The notes beneath the pieces were generated by a model, which was not told the origin of the DNA, did no database searches, and saw only the letters and a list, made by a program, of their open reading frames with translations. This document shows, piece by piece, positions 1 through 13,705 of a stretch of DNA of 64,000 bases (the first letter of the stretch is position 1; each line of letters starts with the position of its first letter). This DNA is from the human T2T-CHM13v2.0 reference genome, Homo sapiens. Where the stretch lies: the NCBI RefSeq assembly GCF_009914755.1, contig NC_060926.1; one strand, 5' to 3'. A program made the position numbers and the translations under genes.

Positions 1-139
1 GTGGCAATGGGCCACAAGGGGGCCCGAAGAAATAGGGTGCATAAGAGTTAAAAAAAACTTCTGCCGGGGAGGTTTTTCATGTGTCTTTTCCAAAGGTCAG
101 AGTTCAGATTTATGAGGTTGGAATATTCATGAGGTGCCG

Positions 140-2190
140 CAGTGTGCAACACCAGAGTACTAGGGAGACAATTTTCCTGTGGCATAAATTAACCTAAGGT
201 GAGGGCTCCTCCGAACTAAGGTTCAGATATGGCAGATGTGATCAAAGCAACCACACAACCCACCGGGGAGGCTGGGGATTCACATCTCAAAATAGTAATT
301 AATGATTTGGAACATGGCAGTGCCTATTTTCGTCCATCTGCCCAACCGTCTATCCATCCATCCATTTGTTATCAGCTATTTGCAAAACCTCCTACTGGAG
401 CCAAAAGAGGTATACCAAAACCAAGCCAAACCAAACCAACCAAATGAATCCCTCATAAGTAGCTTTGGATCAAGTTGGGGAGAGATAGACATATGCAAGA
501 ATAGATAAACCGCAGGGCAAAGGTGTGTCTGATTAAGTATCAAAATGAGTGATCCAGATAGCAGATGTTCTGCAGGGACCCAGAAGAGGGAGGTCTTTGA
601 GGATGTGGTGTGGCCGGTCTGGCCATGTCGGTTGCCTTCAGGGATTATTGTGGCACCCTTGAGACTGCCTGGAGTCCAGTTAGTTTCCATCTTGATACAA
701 GATGAATGGAAAAATTGGATTTATGGTCTGCCCACTGCTGAGATACAGTTTGGGTCTCTTTAGACCTGTTTGGAAATGAGGTGCCACCTTTAATCTTAAA
801 TATCAGTTAGGTGGTTCCAAAAGATTGAAAGAAGATGAAACAAACAGGTATTCATTTGAGGAAGGACTGTTACTCTTCATTCCCTGGTTTGACTGCCAAA
901 ATATAATGAGAGTTTGTTTGTATGTCCAACCAAAGCCAGAAAACCCAGCTACAAAACCAGATCTCCAGCAGCTGACTCCCCTGGCTTTTATGACCTCAGG
1001 GGCTATGAGGTTGACAGTAGGGGACCCAGACACCGAGGAGGCCTTGAATGAGAGGTGCAGACATATGTGATATAATTAGGCAGCCTTTATGAGGCAAGCA
1101 GGGAGAAGTCATTAGGGCTGCTGTTTAACAAAGGGAAACTTCCTGCTCCCACCCCCCCGTTAAAGAGCTGCTTTTCAACTGTGTTGGGCTTCTTTGATCC
1201 CTGAAGTCTCCTGATGTTTTGCTCACATCCTGTCATGATATTTAATGATGCTTCATGTGTGCACCAGGAGCACGGCCCAACTTAGCATCATCTGGGGAAA
1301 GGCATTGTAACATGGCAAGGTTTTGATGTGATTCCTTGCGTGGCCAGGTTAGTGAGGCGGCTATGCAGACACCAGTGAGTGTATTGATTCCACTTGGCAG
1401 TGGAATCCATTGAAAGGAATGATGGAGAGACCAAGATATTGCCAAGTTCTTCTGCAGTTCTTTATTTTGGGATCTATATATCAGCTGGTACACTGCTCAG
1501 GAGAAGAGAGAAGGAATTTGGTCTTGGACAGTCTTCTTTCAAAAGGCTGAAATGTTCTGGAGGAATGGGTCTCTGCCAACCTGTGGTCATACACATGAAC
1601 AGCTGCTAAAAGGAAGACGAATAGGCACTTAGGGACCACCCAGCCCATACCAGATATATGAATCCTACAAAATTCGTGGTAGGCACTGTTCGTGTATTCT
1701 GCTGTTTGCCTAAATACCTCTGGAGAAGAGGAACTTACCACCATAAGGCAGCACAGCTATTGTGCTTGTTCTGATGGCTTAAAAGCTCCTCTTCATTTAG
1801 TTGTTTCTTGCAGCTTCTAACTGGGCCAGAGTGCTGCACTTGGTGGCTACACAGAACTGGGCTCTTCTTGGTCAGAGTTCTTAAAAAACTCAAAGGCACT
1901 TGGGGAGTGTCCCCTGAGTATTCTCATTTCCAAGTAAGAACCCCTATTTCTGCTACTGTTCCTCCCATTCCCTGGTTTCTATACCCTTGTATCTGATGGT
2001 CCTTCTTGGAAGGTCCTGGTAGGACAACTTTACTACCCTTGTTCTTTAAATGCTGATTAACTTTGCTTTGGCCTTTTTGGTAGATATTAAGCCCAAATCT
2101 CTGAAATGGGGCAAGAATCTCAACATACAAAGGCAATAATTTGGATTTCCTGTAAAGTTCCAGAATGAATCCCAGTTCATATTCCAAGTG
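140..2190 (-). pseudogene. Possible highly decayed class-I ERV internal region (pol/env remnants)
   Basis: Minus-strand peptides lie in retroviral order: IGVLTWK (~1927-1947, like RT-connection GVLTQ), YTNSAY..HISGMGW (~1640-1696, like RNase H YTDSxY..H..G..W), QWIPLP..TLTGVC (~1362-1409, like integrase core start), GSPTVNLIAPEVIKARGVSCW (~960-1030, like integrase C-terminal GPYxVLLTTPTAVKVxGIxxW), then weak env-like pieces. Many stops and frameshifts; spacing is shorter than in an intact pol. Confidence 0.4.
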
Positions 2191-2359
2191 TTGGCATCTG
2201 TTAACATTTCTTTTCCCTTCTAGACTATTTGGATTAAAAGCGTATCAGGGGCTAACTGCTTGGACCTCTCTCTTTGGTGCTGTCACCCAGAGGACAGTCT
2301 GACTGCCTCCTAAGTGAACACACAGTGGATTGAAGCAATTGTTCCTAGCTGCCATGCAG

Positions 2360-3260
<901 letters not shown>

Positions 3261-3769
3261 CAGTGGTATATTTGAGTGTTAGCTGTCCATCAACTTGAAT
3301 ACAAGATTTATTATTGAGTTAAAGCCCTTATATTTTAAGAGAAACTTTAAAAGACAAAACCAGTTTTGCTGAAATAATCATCCCTTTTGAGTTCTTTATT
3401 CTCTGTGTCCCAGTAAAATGAAGTTTTATTAGAATCTCATCAACAATGTAAATGCAGGCCCCAATTACCCTGGTCAAATTACAGATCTTCCTCTTAGATT
3501 TATATCACTTTTATTTTTGACAGGCTGAGAATATTTTTTAAACAGCCCTTTCTTGAGTGCTTTAATGCCTCATCCAGATGAAAAAAGAAAAGAAAAAGAA
3601 TTTGAGACTTTGAGCACCATTTCTCTAATTCCAAAACAAAGGATTCAGATGTCTTTATTTTTTAGGTAAATTTAATTTCCCTGCAATTCCACCCAAAATC
3701 GCACAGTGGAGAAAGATGATTGTAATCAATCCAATGCTTTCAGGTGTAACCTCTGAACTGGAAAATCTC

Positions 3770-4185
3770 TCAGTTTCTTAAGGCTGCTGTAACAAAGTAC
3801 CACAAACTGGATGGCTAAAAACAACAAAGTATATTCTGTCACAGTTCTGGAGGCCAGAGTCAGAAATCAAGGTGTTGGCAGAGCTGGTTCCTTTGGAGGC
3901 TCTGATGGAAAATCTGTATCATGCCTTTCTCCCGGCTTCTGCTGGCTGCCGACAGCCCTTAGCATTCTTTGGCTTGTAGATGCATCACTCTCATCTCTGT
4001 CTTCATGTCTCCCTCTATTTCTTCTTATAAAGACAGCAATCATTGGATTTAGGGCCCAGCTTTCCAGAATGATCTTGAGATCCTTAATTTCATTACATCT
4101 GTAGTGACCATATTTCCAAATAAGGTCATGCTCTCAAATACCAGGAATTAGGACTTGGACATATTTTTTTTGGAGAACACAAAAA
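3770..4185 (-). mobile_element. MLT1 (B/C-like) MaLR LTR
   Basis: ggctgctgtaacaaagtaccacaaactgg...cacagttctggaggccag...tttccaaataaggtca matches the MLT1 reverse strand. Confidence 0.8.
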
Positions 4186-4367
4186 ACTCGGTCATGAGAT
4201 TCAGAGAGGCAAAATGACTTGCCCAAGACATATAGGTCCTTAATAATACAGTCAGAACCACAACAAATCTTTTGATCTTTGTACTCTACTACATTATATA
4301 TTGTCTCTCAAAAGAATGCACTCTTTTGCTTCTAAGGCAGTTGTTTTATACATACATACACACATAC

Positions 4368-4760
4368 AGATATGGTTTGGCTGTGTCCTCACCCAAATCT
4401 CATCTTGAATTATAGCTCCCAGAAGTCCCACGTGTTGTGGGAGGGATGCTCTGGGAGATAATTGAATCATGGGAGTGGTTTCCCCCACACTGTTCTCATG
4501 GTAGTGAATAAGTCTCACAAGATCTGATGGTTTTATAAGAGGTTTCCCTTTTTGCTTGGTTCTCATTCTCTCTTGTCTGCTGCAATGTAAGATGTGCCTT
4601 TCACCTTCTGCCACAATTGTGAGACCTCCTCAGCCATGCAGAACTGTGAGTCCATTAAACCTCTTTTTCTTTATAAATTACCTAGTCTTGGGTATGTCTT
4701 TATCAGCAGTGTGGTGGCTGCTGGCACCTCTTGGCATTCTTTGGAGAATAGACTAATACA
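4368..4760 (+). mobile_element. THE1 (B/C-like) solo LTR
   Basis: gatatggtttggctgtgtcctcacccaaatctcatcttgaatt...ccattaaacctctttttctttataaatta...gactaataca; carries a ~30-bp non-THE1 insert near its 3' end. Confidence 0.92.
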
Positions 4761-4825
4761 GTAAATATATATTTATATTTTATACACATACATATACATA
4801 TATATTTTATATATATATATATTTT
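4761..4825. repeat. AT-rich/(TA)n low-complexity tract
   Basis: Directly visible tatata runs. Confidence 0.8.
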
Positions 4826-5739
4826 CTCTATTAGAACCCCTTTGATCACCTGGAAATCAGCTGTACAAGCCCCTATAGGCCCAAACCACATTAGTCAATC
4901 TAGTCCAAATAATAAAGTAGTTTGTGAAGATGATTTTTTTTTTCTGTTTGGGAAAGAAGATAAAGGATCACAAAATAAATTTCTTATTGAGCTGATTATA
5001 TCTATCTGGCAAAACTATATTTGTTGACGATCAATGGCAGCCACTCAAGCCCCTGTTAATTATAATTTCCTCAACCTTGTCTTTGACTGTGCAGCCTAGA
5101 AGCATTTGATGCCTCTAGTTAGAGCCCAACAGGTAGCAGCCATGGTTGGAGTGGTTGTTTGGTCACAGGTGGGGCAGTGGCCTTTGGCCATGTTCTGCCC
5201 CAACACCCACCCTAGATAATGGTCAGACACAGTATACATGCCAATAAGTCCACCTAGGTTTTCACAGGATTCAAAGCATTTTGCAGGAAAATAAAGCAAA
5301 TAGAACCACAACCATTTCCTTTTTCTCATTTTCTTTTCTGTTTTTGGTGGGGGAGGAGTGTGAAGAGACTTGATATTCATGAAAGCATTTTACAAGCATG
5401 TGAGTAATGAAATCCATGTTTTAAAGATGTAATGCATTTTACAGGCTCTCTTAATCTGCCCTTGCTTTCCTTCTTCCTTATAAAAAATTTAGTGGTGATT
5501 AAATTAAAAGAAAACGGAAGTCATAATAAAATAAAAACTCACAAGCTCCACAGTAATTTGTCATTGCCACAAGTATTCATGGTACATCCTTAACTGGCAC
5601 CCACTACTCCTGCGGTCTGGATAGGATACAAGTGTTAAGTTCCTTTTATTAGGCTGCTGTACTACCTACCCCTTCCTCTTCTACCCAAGAGTATTGGGAA
5701 GGCAAGTGACTGGATAGATAACTATAAGCAATCCATTCC

Positions 5740-6545
5740 TGAACTATAAGGCTAAAGATTATCATTACTCGGCTGTATAATAGAAAACCCAACTTGAAAT
5801 CCCTTTAACAATAAAGATTCACCAACCTCAACACATTAACTTTTTCCTCAGACCAGTGCCCCTCATGGTTTCAAGATGGCTGCTGCAGCTCCGTGTATGT
5901 GACATCCAAGCATGAGGACATTCAGCAGGTGTATTAGTCTGTTTTCACACTGCTACAAAGACGTACCTGAGACTGGGCAATTTATAAAGGAAAGAGGTTT
6001 AATTGACTCACAGTCCCACATGGCTGGAGAGGCCTCAGGAAACTTACAATCATGGCAGAAGGCAAAGGGGAAGTAAGGCACCTTCTTCACAAGGTGGCAG
6101 GAAGGGGAAGTGCCGAGCAAAGGGGGAAGATCCCCTTATAAAACCATCAGGTCTCATGAGAACTCACTCACTATCAGGAGAACAGCATGGGGGAAACCAC
6201 CCCCATGATTCAGTTACCTCGACCTGATCTCTCCCTTGACAATGGGGATGATGGGGATTATAATTCAAGATGAGATTTTGGGTGGAGGCACAGCCAACCC
6301 ATATCAGCAGGGAAAGAAAAATCCCTGTTCCTTGTTTTCTCTCCTAAACAAGAAACCTCTTAAAAGCCTCCACAGAAACTTCTACTTCCATTTCATTGGA
6401 AGATTTAGGTCACATTTGCACCCTAAACCAATCTCTGGTAAGGAAATGGAGCTTCCACCATTAGTTTAGCTTATCACGTTAGTTTAACTGGGGTATAGGT
6501 TACCCAAACAAAATTGAGATTCTGTCCCCAAAAAACAAGGAGGTA
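5740..6545 (-). mobile_element. Old MLT1-type LTR split by a THE1 insertion
   Basis: caagatggctgctgcagctcc before the THE1 continues as ggtcacatttgcaccctaaaccaatctctgg after it. Confidence 0.55.
5930..6306 (-). mobile_element. THE1 (C/D-like) solo LTR
   Basis: tgtattagtctgttttcacactgct...cacagccaacccatatca with 5-bp TSD gcagg (5925-5929, 6307-6311). Confidence 0.93.
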
Positions 6546-6559
6546 TAGCAGGACCATTT

Positions 6560-7100
6560 TGTTTACAAGTGTCAGGACATCCAGATGAAAATGGCCTAAA
6601 CAATAATAAAAATACCATTATCTCACCTAACAAGAAGACCACAGCAGGTGACTCGAGAGGTGGTAGCTTCAGCAGTGCAGGGATGTCAGGCTTCTGCTGG
6701 CCTCTTGTAATTTCCTTGGCTTTTTCTTGGTTTTACTTGTGTCTGCCACAGCTCAAAGCATTGCCTATATTCAAATGCAAGAAGAGGCCAAAGTCCCAGG
6801 CTTTTGCCCTCTTTTTAGAGCACTGGAAACTTTCCCAATGACTCGCAACTCTCTCATCCCTGTATCTTAAGGGTCAGGGTTACATCACAGGCCTAGGTCT
6901 GTATCTATCACTGGCAAGTGAATGGAATCAACAGGATTGGCTTAAATAAATTAACATTTAATATTTACCCTTGGGACGGGAGGGGGTGTCCTTGGCTGAA
7001 GACACAGGGTAGGAAGGGAGGGTTGCTGCAAACATCTGGAGAATATTCCAGCATCTGCCAGCAAGGAAGGAAGGGGCTGGGAATGACTGTTGGGGAGTGC
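6560..7100 (-). mobile_element. Old MLT1-type LTR remnant
   Basis: atcactggcaagtgaatggaatcaacaggattggctta and ctgccagcaaggaaggaagggg motifs typical of old MLT1 subfamilies. Confidence 0.45.
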
Positions 7101-9296
7101 ACCACGCATGAATCTTTATCTCGCTAGTGGGAAGGATTATAGCATGTATCTAATGTAATTGAGGGGTGTTCATTGTTGGACTGGAAAGATTTAAGGGCCA
7201 CAGACTTCTCAGTGAGAAAGATATGGAATGTCGTAGTCACTTCTAACTCATGGGAGCAGAAGTTAGCAATGCTTTTTTCAGGATTTCTTCTTCTTTGGGT
7301 TAGAAGCAGAAAGACTGAGACTCCTTTAGGAAGTATGAGAGATACTGAGATGGGCTGCTCATGAGAACCCCCTGGTGTGCCCCTGGCATGCAGGGACTAG
7401 GAGAGGTACTGACCTCTGTTTAGCTCAGCTTCTTGATTTATATCTGGGAAGGGAGATTCAGCTCCTTTCTCCTGATGCTGCCAGTCTAGGGCCTTTTATC
7501 TCTCATTCTCTCCGAGTTGTCCAGAAATACCTCTGGAACCTGTGGGTCTTCCTCCTCCTTTAGTTTTCCATGGGACACCACTGAAAACTAGGCAAAGCAA
7601 GTCAGGGGGTTGTCTATTACAGCTTTTCATCAGGCTACAAGAGAGCTGTGCACCGTTACTGTTCCAGGGGGTCAATTTGGTAAGCATCCCCACTGGACTC
7701 CAGTCTCCACTCTGTCACCTTCTAGCTTCTTATTTTTAGCAGTTTGGCTTAGCTTGGTTTCCCCAGTTTTGTCACTGGCTGCTCTGCAGGCTGGAGTGGT
7801 GTAAGATCTTGTCACTGAGGAGTGGTAAGTCTCTGAATAAGTCTTCACAGTTATGAGGCCTACGTTCTTTGTCTCGAAAATAGGGACAATTACCCTGGCT
7901 TGATAAAAGTGATGCATACTATGCAATGGAAGATGTTTATACTGTGCAAGAATCCCCTTTTTTCCTCCTCTGAAGCTTTGCTCCGGTTCCTTTGTGTTTT
8001 AGAATCTGCTTGTTTGCTTGTTTACTTATTTATTTATTTATGGCAGTGAGAGCGAGACCCCTTTACCTGATGGCCAGGCTCAACAACAACTGCTCTGAAC
8101 TCATCCATCCTTCATTAATATTCACCCGGTGCAAAGCACATCGCTCTGGAGGCCTCTCCTCTATGGGACGCTTTAATGTGGCAGTTATGAAAGCAGCTTA
8201 GACCGAGCTCGATTAGCATAATAATGAAGCTTCGGTGGCAGTGTTTCCATCCTCAAAGGAAATAGCTGGAGTGGTCACAGAGCCTTTAACAAGTACTGCT
8301 TTAGGATAAAAACGGACAGGGTGGGAGATGATGGATGGCAATGTGGAATGTGGGGAGGGGACTGTTGGGGGTGGGAACTAGCAGGGGAAGTGGGGGAAGA
8401 GATTGTTTGCTTTTCTTTGCCTTGTTCCTAAGAGATGTCATCTGCAACGACAGAACTTCCATTAGTAGTGGGCCTTTAGAAATGCACAGGTTTCTGCATT
8501 TCCAGAAAAACATAACGTTAGTTAGTGTCTCTTTTGGCTGTAGAAGAGAAAAAAAAAAATACCCAGCCCACAAGAACACCGCACTGTTTCAGATGTTCAG
8601 TAACTCCTGAAAATAAGTGGGTAGGCATTATTATCTCCCTTTGACAGATGAATGCACATCCAAACATCCATCTGTTCGTCTGTCCATTCATCCACCTTAT
8701 CTTCCTCCAGAAATGATTTAAGACAGTTTCCAGATGAGGTACCCAAATTCTCAATGCCAGGTAGAGGCAGTGCTCCCATTTGAACTCAAATCTCCTATGA
8801 CTTTTCCCCTAACACCGTGATTCTTTTAAAATCAATTCAGAATTCAAACCAAGGGCCCTACTTTCCTGACTCCTGCGGTTAATTGTCAAGAAACAGTTTC
8901 AGCTGGATTTCAGCTGATCCACACATCTTGCCTCCCAGTTGTTTTTGCAGCAGAGAGATCCTCACCTGAGTATGGAGTGTGCCTCCACAGGGCCCCTTAA
9001 TTGGCCATTGACCCAATCTGGGCCAGTGTAATAACTTCCATTTGCACATTTAAGCTGTTGGTTATTTTGCTGGATTTTTACAAATCTGGGATCAGCTGTT
9101 CTCTCATTATACAGACATGGGAACCAGCGGGACAGCTGAAGCACACCTAGGCTCTCTCTAGCCATGAAAAATCAAGCACTAAGTGGGAGGAATAGACAGA
9201 AAAATTCAAGAAAATCTCAAGGCCCTTGCTGTCCTTCACCAGCACAGGCACATGGAGCAGAAAAAAGAAAATCTTGGTTGAAAATAAGAACCAAGC

Positions 9297-9670
<374 letters not shown>

Positions 9671-10944
9671 TTAGGAAACGACCATAATCACCTATTTGGT
9701 GTGAAAGATGAAGCCTCCTCTCCCTACTCCCTCAACTCTAGAGGATGATTTGGAAGAGACACAGGGAGATCAGAACGACTCTGCATAATAAAAATGAGAG
9801 AGTACAGAGGAGTAGATGGGAAGAGTGGGGGAAATGATGCCCAAACAGAAGCCCTTTGATGGAGGAGTGGGATGTGGAGAAGGACCAACATCCAGTATGG
9901 GAGGCCCTGGTGTGGAAATGGCCCAGAAGTTCTAGTTTTAAGTAGTTTGTGGAGTTCTGATAGAACTCTCTATAATTGCCAACCTTCAGTAAAGGTCTGT
10001 TTACAACATGCAACAGCTTTAGTGTGGGTGGTGCTTCGAAGGTTCAACAGGCAAAGGTACATCAGCTTGGTTCAGGACAGAAAGAAGAGGGTGGTCACAG
10101 AAGGGGAGATGTAGCATGATGGGAGATCACCAGAACAGGCAATCTGAGCCAGAGGTGACCATGGAAGACCCTGGGAGTCAGCCAAAAACCTTTCAATTCA
10201 TGAGATGGGGCTTAAGTCAGATTTCCTCCCAGATCGAAAAGCAATGGGACCCCAGAGTTTTACCTAGACAGAATATATTTGCTTCTGTTTTCATGAAGTT
10301 TCGATAGAAGTCTGAGTTACAGTGACTGTTGCTACTTCAGGCCTCTGTATCTTTTTGCAGTTTGCCTTCCATGATCAACCGCCAGGAAGTCACATTCTTT
10401 ATGGTTTATGAGCACTTTGCATTATTTTACTTAATCTTCACAGCCACTTTGGGAGGGAAGCTGAAAACCCGAATCACTCTGGGAATACTGGTCTATTGCC
10501 ATTAACTTAGTTTGCTCTTACAAAATGACTTAACTAGCTGCATATGAAAACACAATACACAACCCATTGTCTATACAGGAAGATATTAGCATTGCAAGGC
10601 TCTTGGTTGATGGACATAGGGGAAGGGTACAGGTTGCAGCAATAGAGCAGTTTCTCTTCTAATTTCTTTTTAAGTTTCTCAGTTTTTCTACAAGTTTTAC
10701 GTACAAGCGAAGAAGGATTAGCACATGCGACCCTACTGAAGCTGTGATCACATGTGATCCAGTCTCACGGTTGTAGTTAAAAAAAAAAAGCCTGAAAGGC
10801 AATTTTATAAAATCTCTAGTTCTCACAAATTTTTAAACATCATGAATTGGATACAAAGCCTACAACAACACTTCCAAACATTTGCCATTTCTGTTTGATT
10901 AATTCTAACATATTACCTTCGTTCTCCAGAGAGGCTCTTCCTTA

Positions 10945-11052
10945 TTTATTTATTACTTGAGACAGAGTCTCGCTTTGTCACCCAGCCTGGAGTGCAGTGG
11001 CGCCATCTCGGCTCACTGCAAGCTCCGCCTCCTGGGTTCACCTATTCTCCTG
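10945..11052 (-). mobile_element. 5'-truncated AluY (end of right arm only)
   Basis: gagacagagtctcgc...ctgcaagctccgcctcctggg (AluY-type caagctcc); TSD cagag[a/t]ggctcttcctta at 10927-10944 and 11053-11070. Confidence 0.9.
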
Positions 11053-12093
11053 CAGAGTGGCTCTTCCTTAAACTTTCTGAAAAACCACCCCCTCAACATC
11101 AGGTCCAGCTTTGGTGTCTCTGTTCCTTCTATCCCTTGGTCTTCCCCACCCCTCCCCTAAATTCTGCCTCACAAAAGCTCCAAAGAACAAACCTGGCAAT
11201 GGCAGAGCCCTCCCTAAAATAAGAGTAGAGGAAACTGAGTCAGTGAAGTTAGAATATGCTTTTGTGGTAGGGGGAAGAGAAGGGCTAAAAATGTTACTGA
11301 TAACTGTACCCTATTACATTTACACAAACATTTCAGGATTGTAAGAAATAAATGTTAAAAGTTAACCCAGCATTTACTAATATTCATGATTTTTTTTGGT
11401 TGTATATTAACTAGGTCATAAGTGGTAATGGTTTATGCAAATGATGGTACTATTTATTTTTAAGGAAGAAACTGTATTTTTATGGTTGTTTTTTACTGGC
11501 TTTGCAAATTCTTCAGTGTTTTTAGGTAATGCTATCCTGTCGATTCTTTGCCTGACACCATATAGTTTAATTCTCATCTCAGGCACCCAAACCAAGCATA
11601 CTCACTGACACAGATGTGTCAAAAGACAGATACTTACATCTAATTCTTCAGAAATATTGGTTCCGATAATATTTCTACTATTCCTTTATGGCCTAGGGCT
11701 GCAGATTATTGTGCAAACATTTCTTTTTTTTCATAATATTTTAAAATAATTAAAGCTGGCTTGTCTTTAAGATCACCCTTATAAGGTGATCTGCACACAG
11801 GTGTGATGTCATTTTGAGGGCAAAAGGAAGGTCCTTCTGTTCCTTTCCCCTGGGTTGCTACCCACTATGTGCTGAAATTATTTTCACTATTCTGAGCATT
11901 CCATTCTTCTGAGCTCAGGGAGAGGTAACAGTTCTCCCTGAAGTAGGGCTGAAGTCATTCTCACCTCTCCAAAGAAGCTGAATTGGGAGGTGTTTTAGGT
12001 GCTAAAAGGGTAACTCTTACCCAGTTTTGAGTGAACCACACGCTAAGATACCCATGCCTGACTTTCTAGGAACTAAGAGTCCAGGTTTTTGCC

Positions 12094-13432
12094 TGTCAAT
12101 GAAGAGTCAAACTCTGTAAAATATTTAAAAGTGTTTTATTCTGAACCAAATATGAGTGACCAAGGCCTGAGGCCTAGTCCCAGGAGGTTCTGAGAACATG
12201 TGCCCAAGGTGGTCAGGCTACAGCTTGGTTTCATGCATAGGGAGACATGTGATACCAATAAGACACCAATCATTACATGTGGGATATGCATTGGTTTGGT
12301 TTGGAAAGGCGGGACAACTGGACGGGGGTTGCTTACAGGTCAGAGGTGGATTGAAAGGTTTTCTGATTGGCAATTGGTTGAAAGAGTTATTATCTAAAGG
12401 CCTGGAATCAGTAGAAAGGAGTGCCAGGGTAGAGATAAGGGGTTGTGGAGACCAGGGTTCTTATTATGTAGATGAAGGCCCTTAGAGGCAATGGATGGTA
12501 AATGTATCCCATTCAGACCTCTAAAAGATACTGGACTCTCAGTTAATCTCTTCAAGATTGGGAGGGCCTGGACTGGAAGGGGAAAGATCTAGTTATGTTA
12601 ATGGAGATTCTTTACAGATGCAATTTCCCCTCACAAGAACGGCTTTGCAGGCCATTTTAAAATATGGTAAAGAAACATATTTGGGAATAAAATATTTTGA
12701 TTTCCTTCTTTATCTATCATGTGATGTTATGCCCAGGTCCGGTTGGAAATTAAGCCATGTTATATAGGATTAAATGAAACTGTCACAGGCATGCAAACCA
12801 GAGCAACTCTGTCTCAAATAGGGGCTGGGTAAAATAAGGCTGAGACCTACTGGGTTGCATTCCCAGACAGTTAGGTGTTCTAAGTCACAGGATGAGATAG
12901 GAGGTTGGTAAAAGATATAGGTCATAAAGACCTTGCTGATAAAACATGTTGCAGTAAAGAAGCCGGCTAAAACCCACCAAAACCAAGATGGCCATGAGAG
13001 TGACCTCTGGTCATCCTCACTGCTACACTCCAACCAGTGCCAAGACAGTTTACAGATGCCATGGCAATGCCAGGAAGTTATCCTATGTGATCTAAAAAGG
13101 GGAGGCACGAGTAATACACCCCTTGTTTAGCATATCATTGAGAAATAACCATAAAAATGGGCAACCAGCAGCCCTTGGGGCTGCTCTGTCTATGGAGTAG
13201 CCATTCTTTATTCTTTTACTTTTCTAATAAACTTGCTTTCACTTACTCTATGGACTCGTCCTGAATTCCTTCTTGCGTGAGATACAAGAAACCTCTCGGG
13301 GTCTGGATCGGGACCCCTTTCCTGTAACAAACCCCTCTGATGAGACTTCATGGTTTGTAGAGCGTGACTCCTTGGGCACCTTAGATAGGAATTTGGACAA
13401 GAGAAAAAAAAAAGGTCAGAGTTCAGTCCTTA
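12094..13432 (-). mobile_element. MER4-group (D/E-like) ERV1 solo LTR, interrupted by MER41
   Basis: tgtcaatgaagagtcaaactctgtaaaatattt... runs to 12780, resumes at ~13331 (ccctctgatgagac...ggtcagagttcagtcct). Confidence 0.8.
12781..13329 (+). mobile_element. MER41 solo LTR, copy 1 (MER41A-like, lacks the GAS segment)
   Basis: tgtcacaggc...accagagcaact...ggggctgggtaaaataaggctgagacctac...ggacccctttcctgtaaca; aaaggggagg runs straight into cacgagtaat with no TTCnnnGAA block. Confidence 0.88.
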
Positions 13433-13705
13433 GCCAATTCTGCAAAATAGGCATGAAAGCACACAACTGCCACATTGGGTTGTGTAGGTAATGGGATCAA
13501 CATAACCAGCAGGAAAGAGAATTTTGGTGGGATTTTCTACAGCTTGTAAGAGAGACTTCTCCCAACGCACTTGAAAGTTGACTGTAGATGTCTTGCAGGC
13601 CTTGACGACTGCTCTTTCCCCCAGCTGCAGGCAGGGGAACTTGTATTTCCTTCCAGGTAACAGTGTTGTCCATTTACCATGATACTGTGGGGCTTTGGGT
13701 CCTCT

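Noticed and set aside
4761-4766. gtaaat after the THE1 LTR as the start of a THE1 internal region
   Set aside because: The match is only 6 bp and runs directly into an AT-rich tract.
10700-10790. U6-like gaaggattagcac followed by an A-run, and the 14-bp palindrome gatcacatgtgatc (10746-10759)
   Set aside because: Similarity to U6/U6atac is limited to about 10 nt with no TSD; a single short palindrome is plausible by chance in 64 kb.
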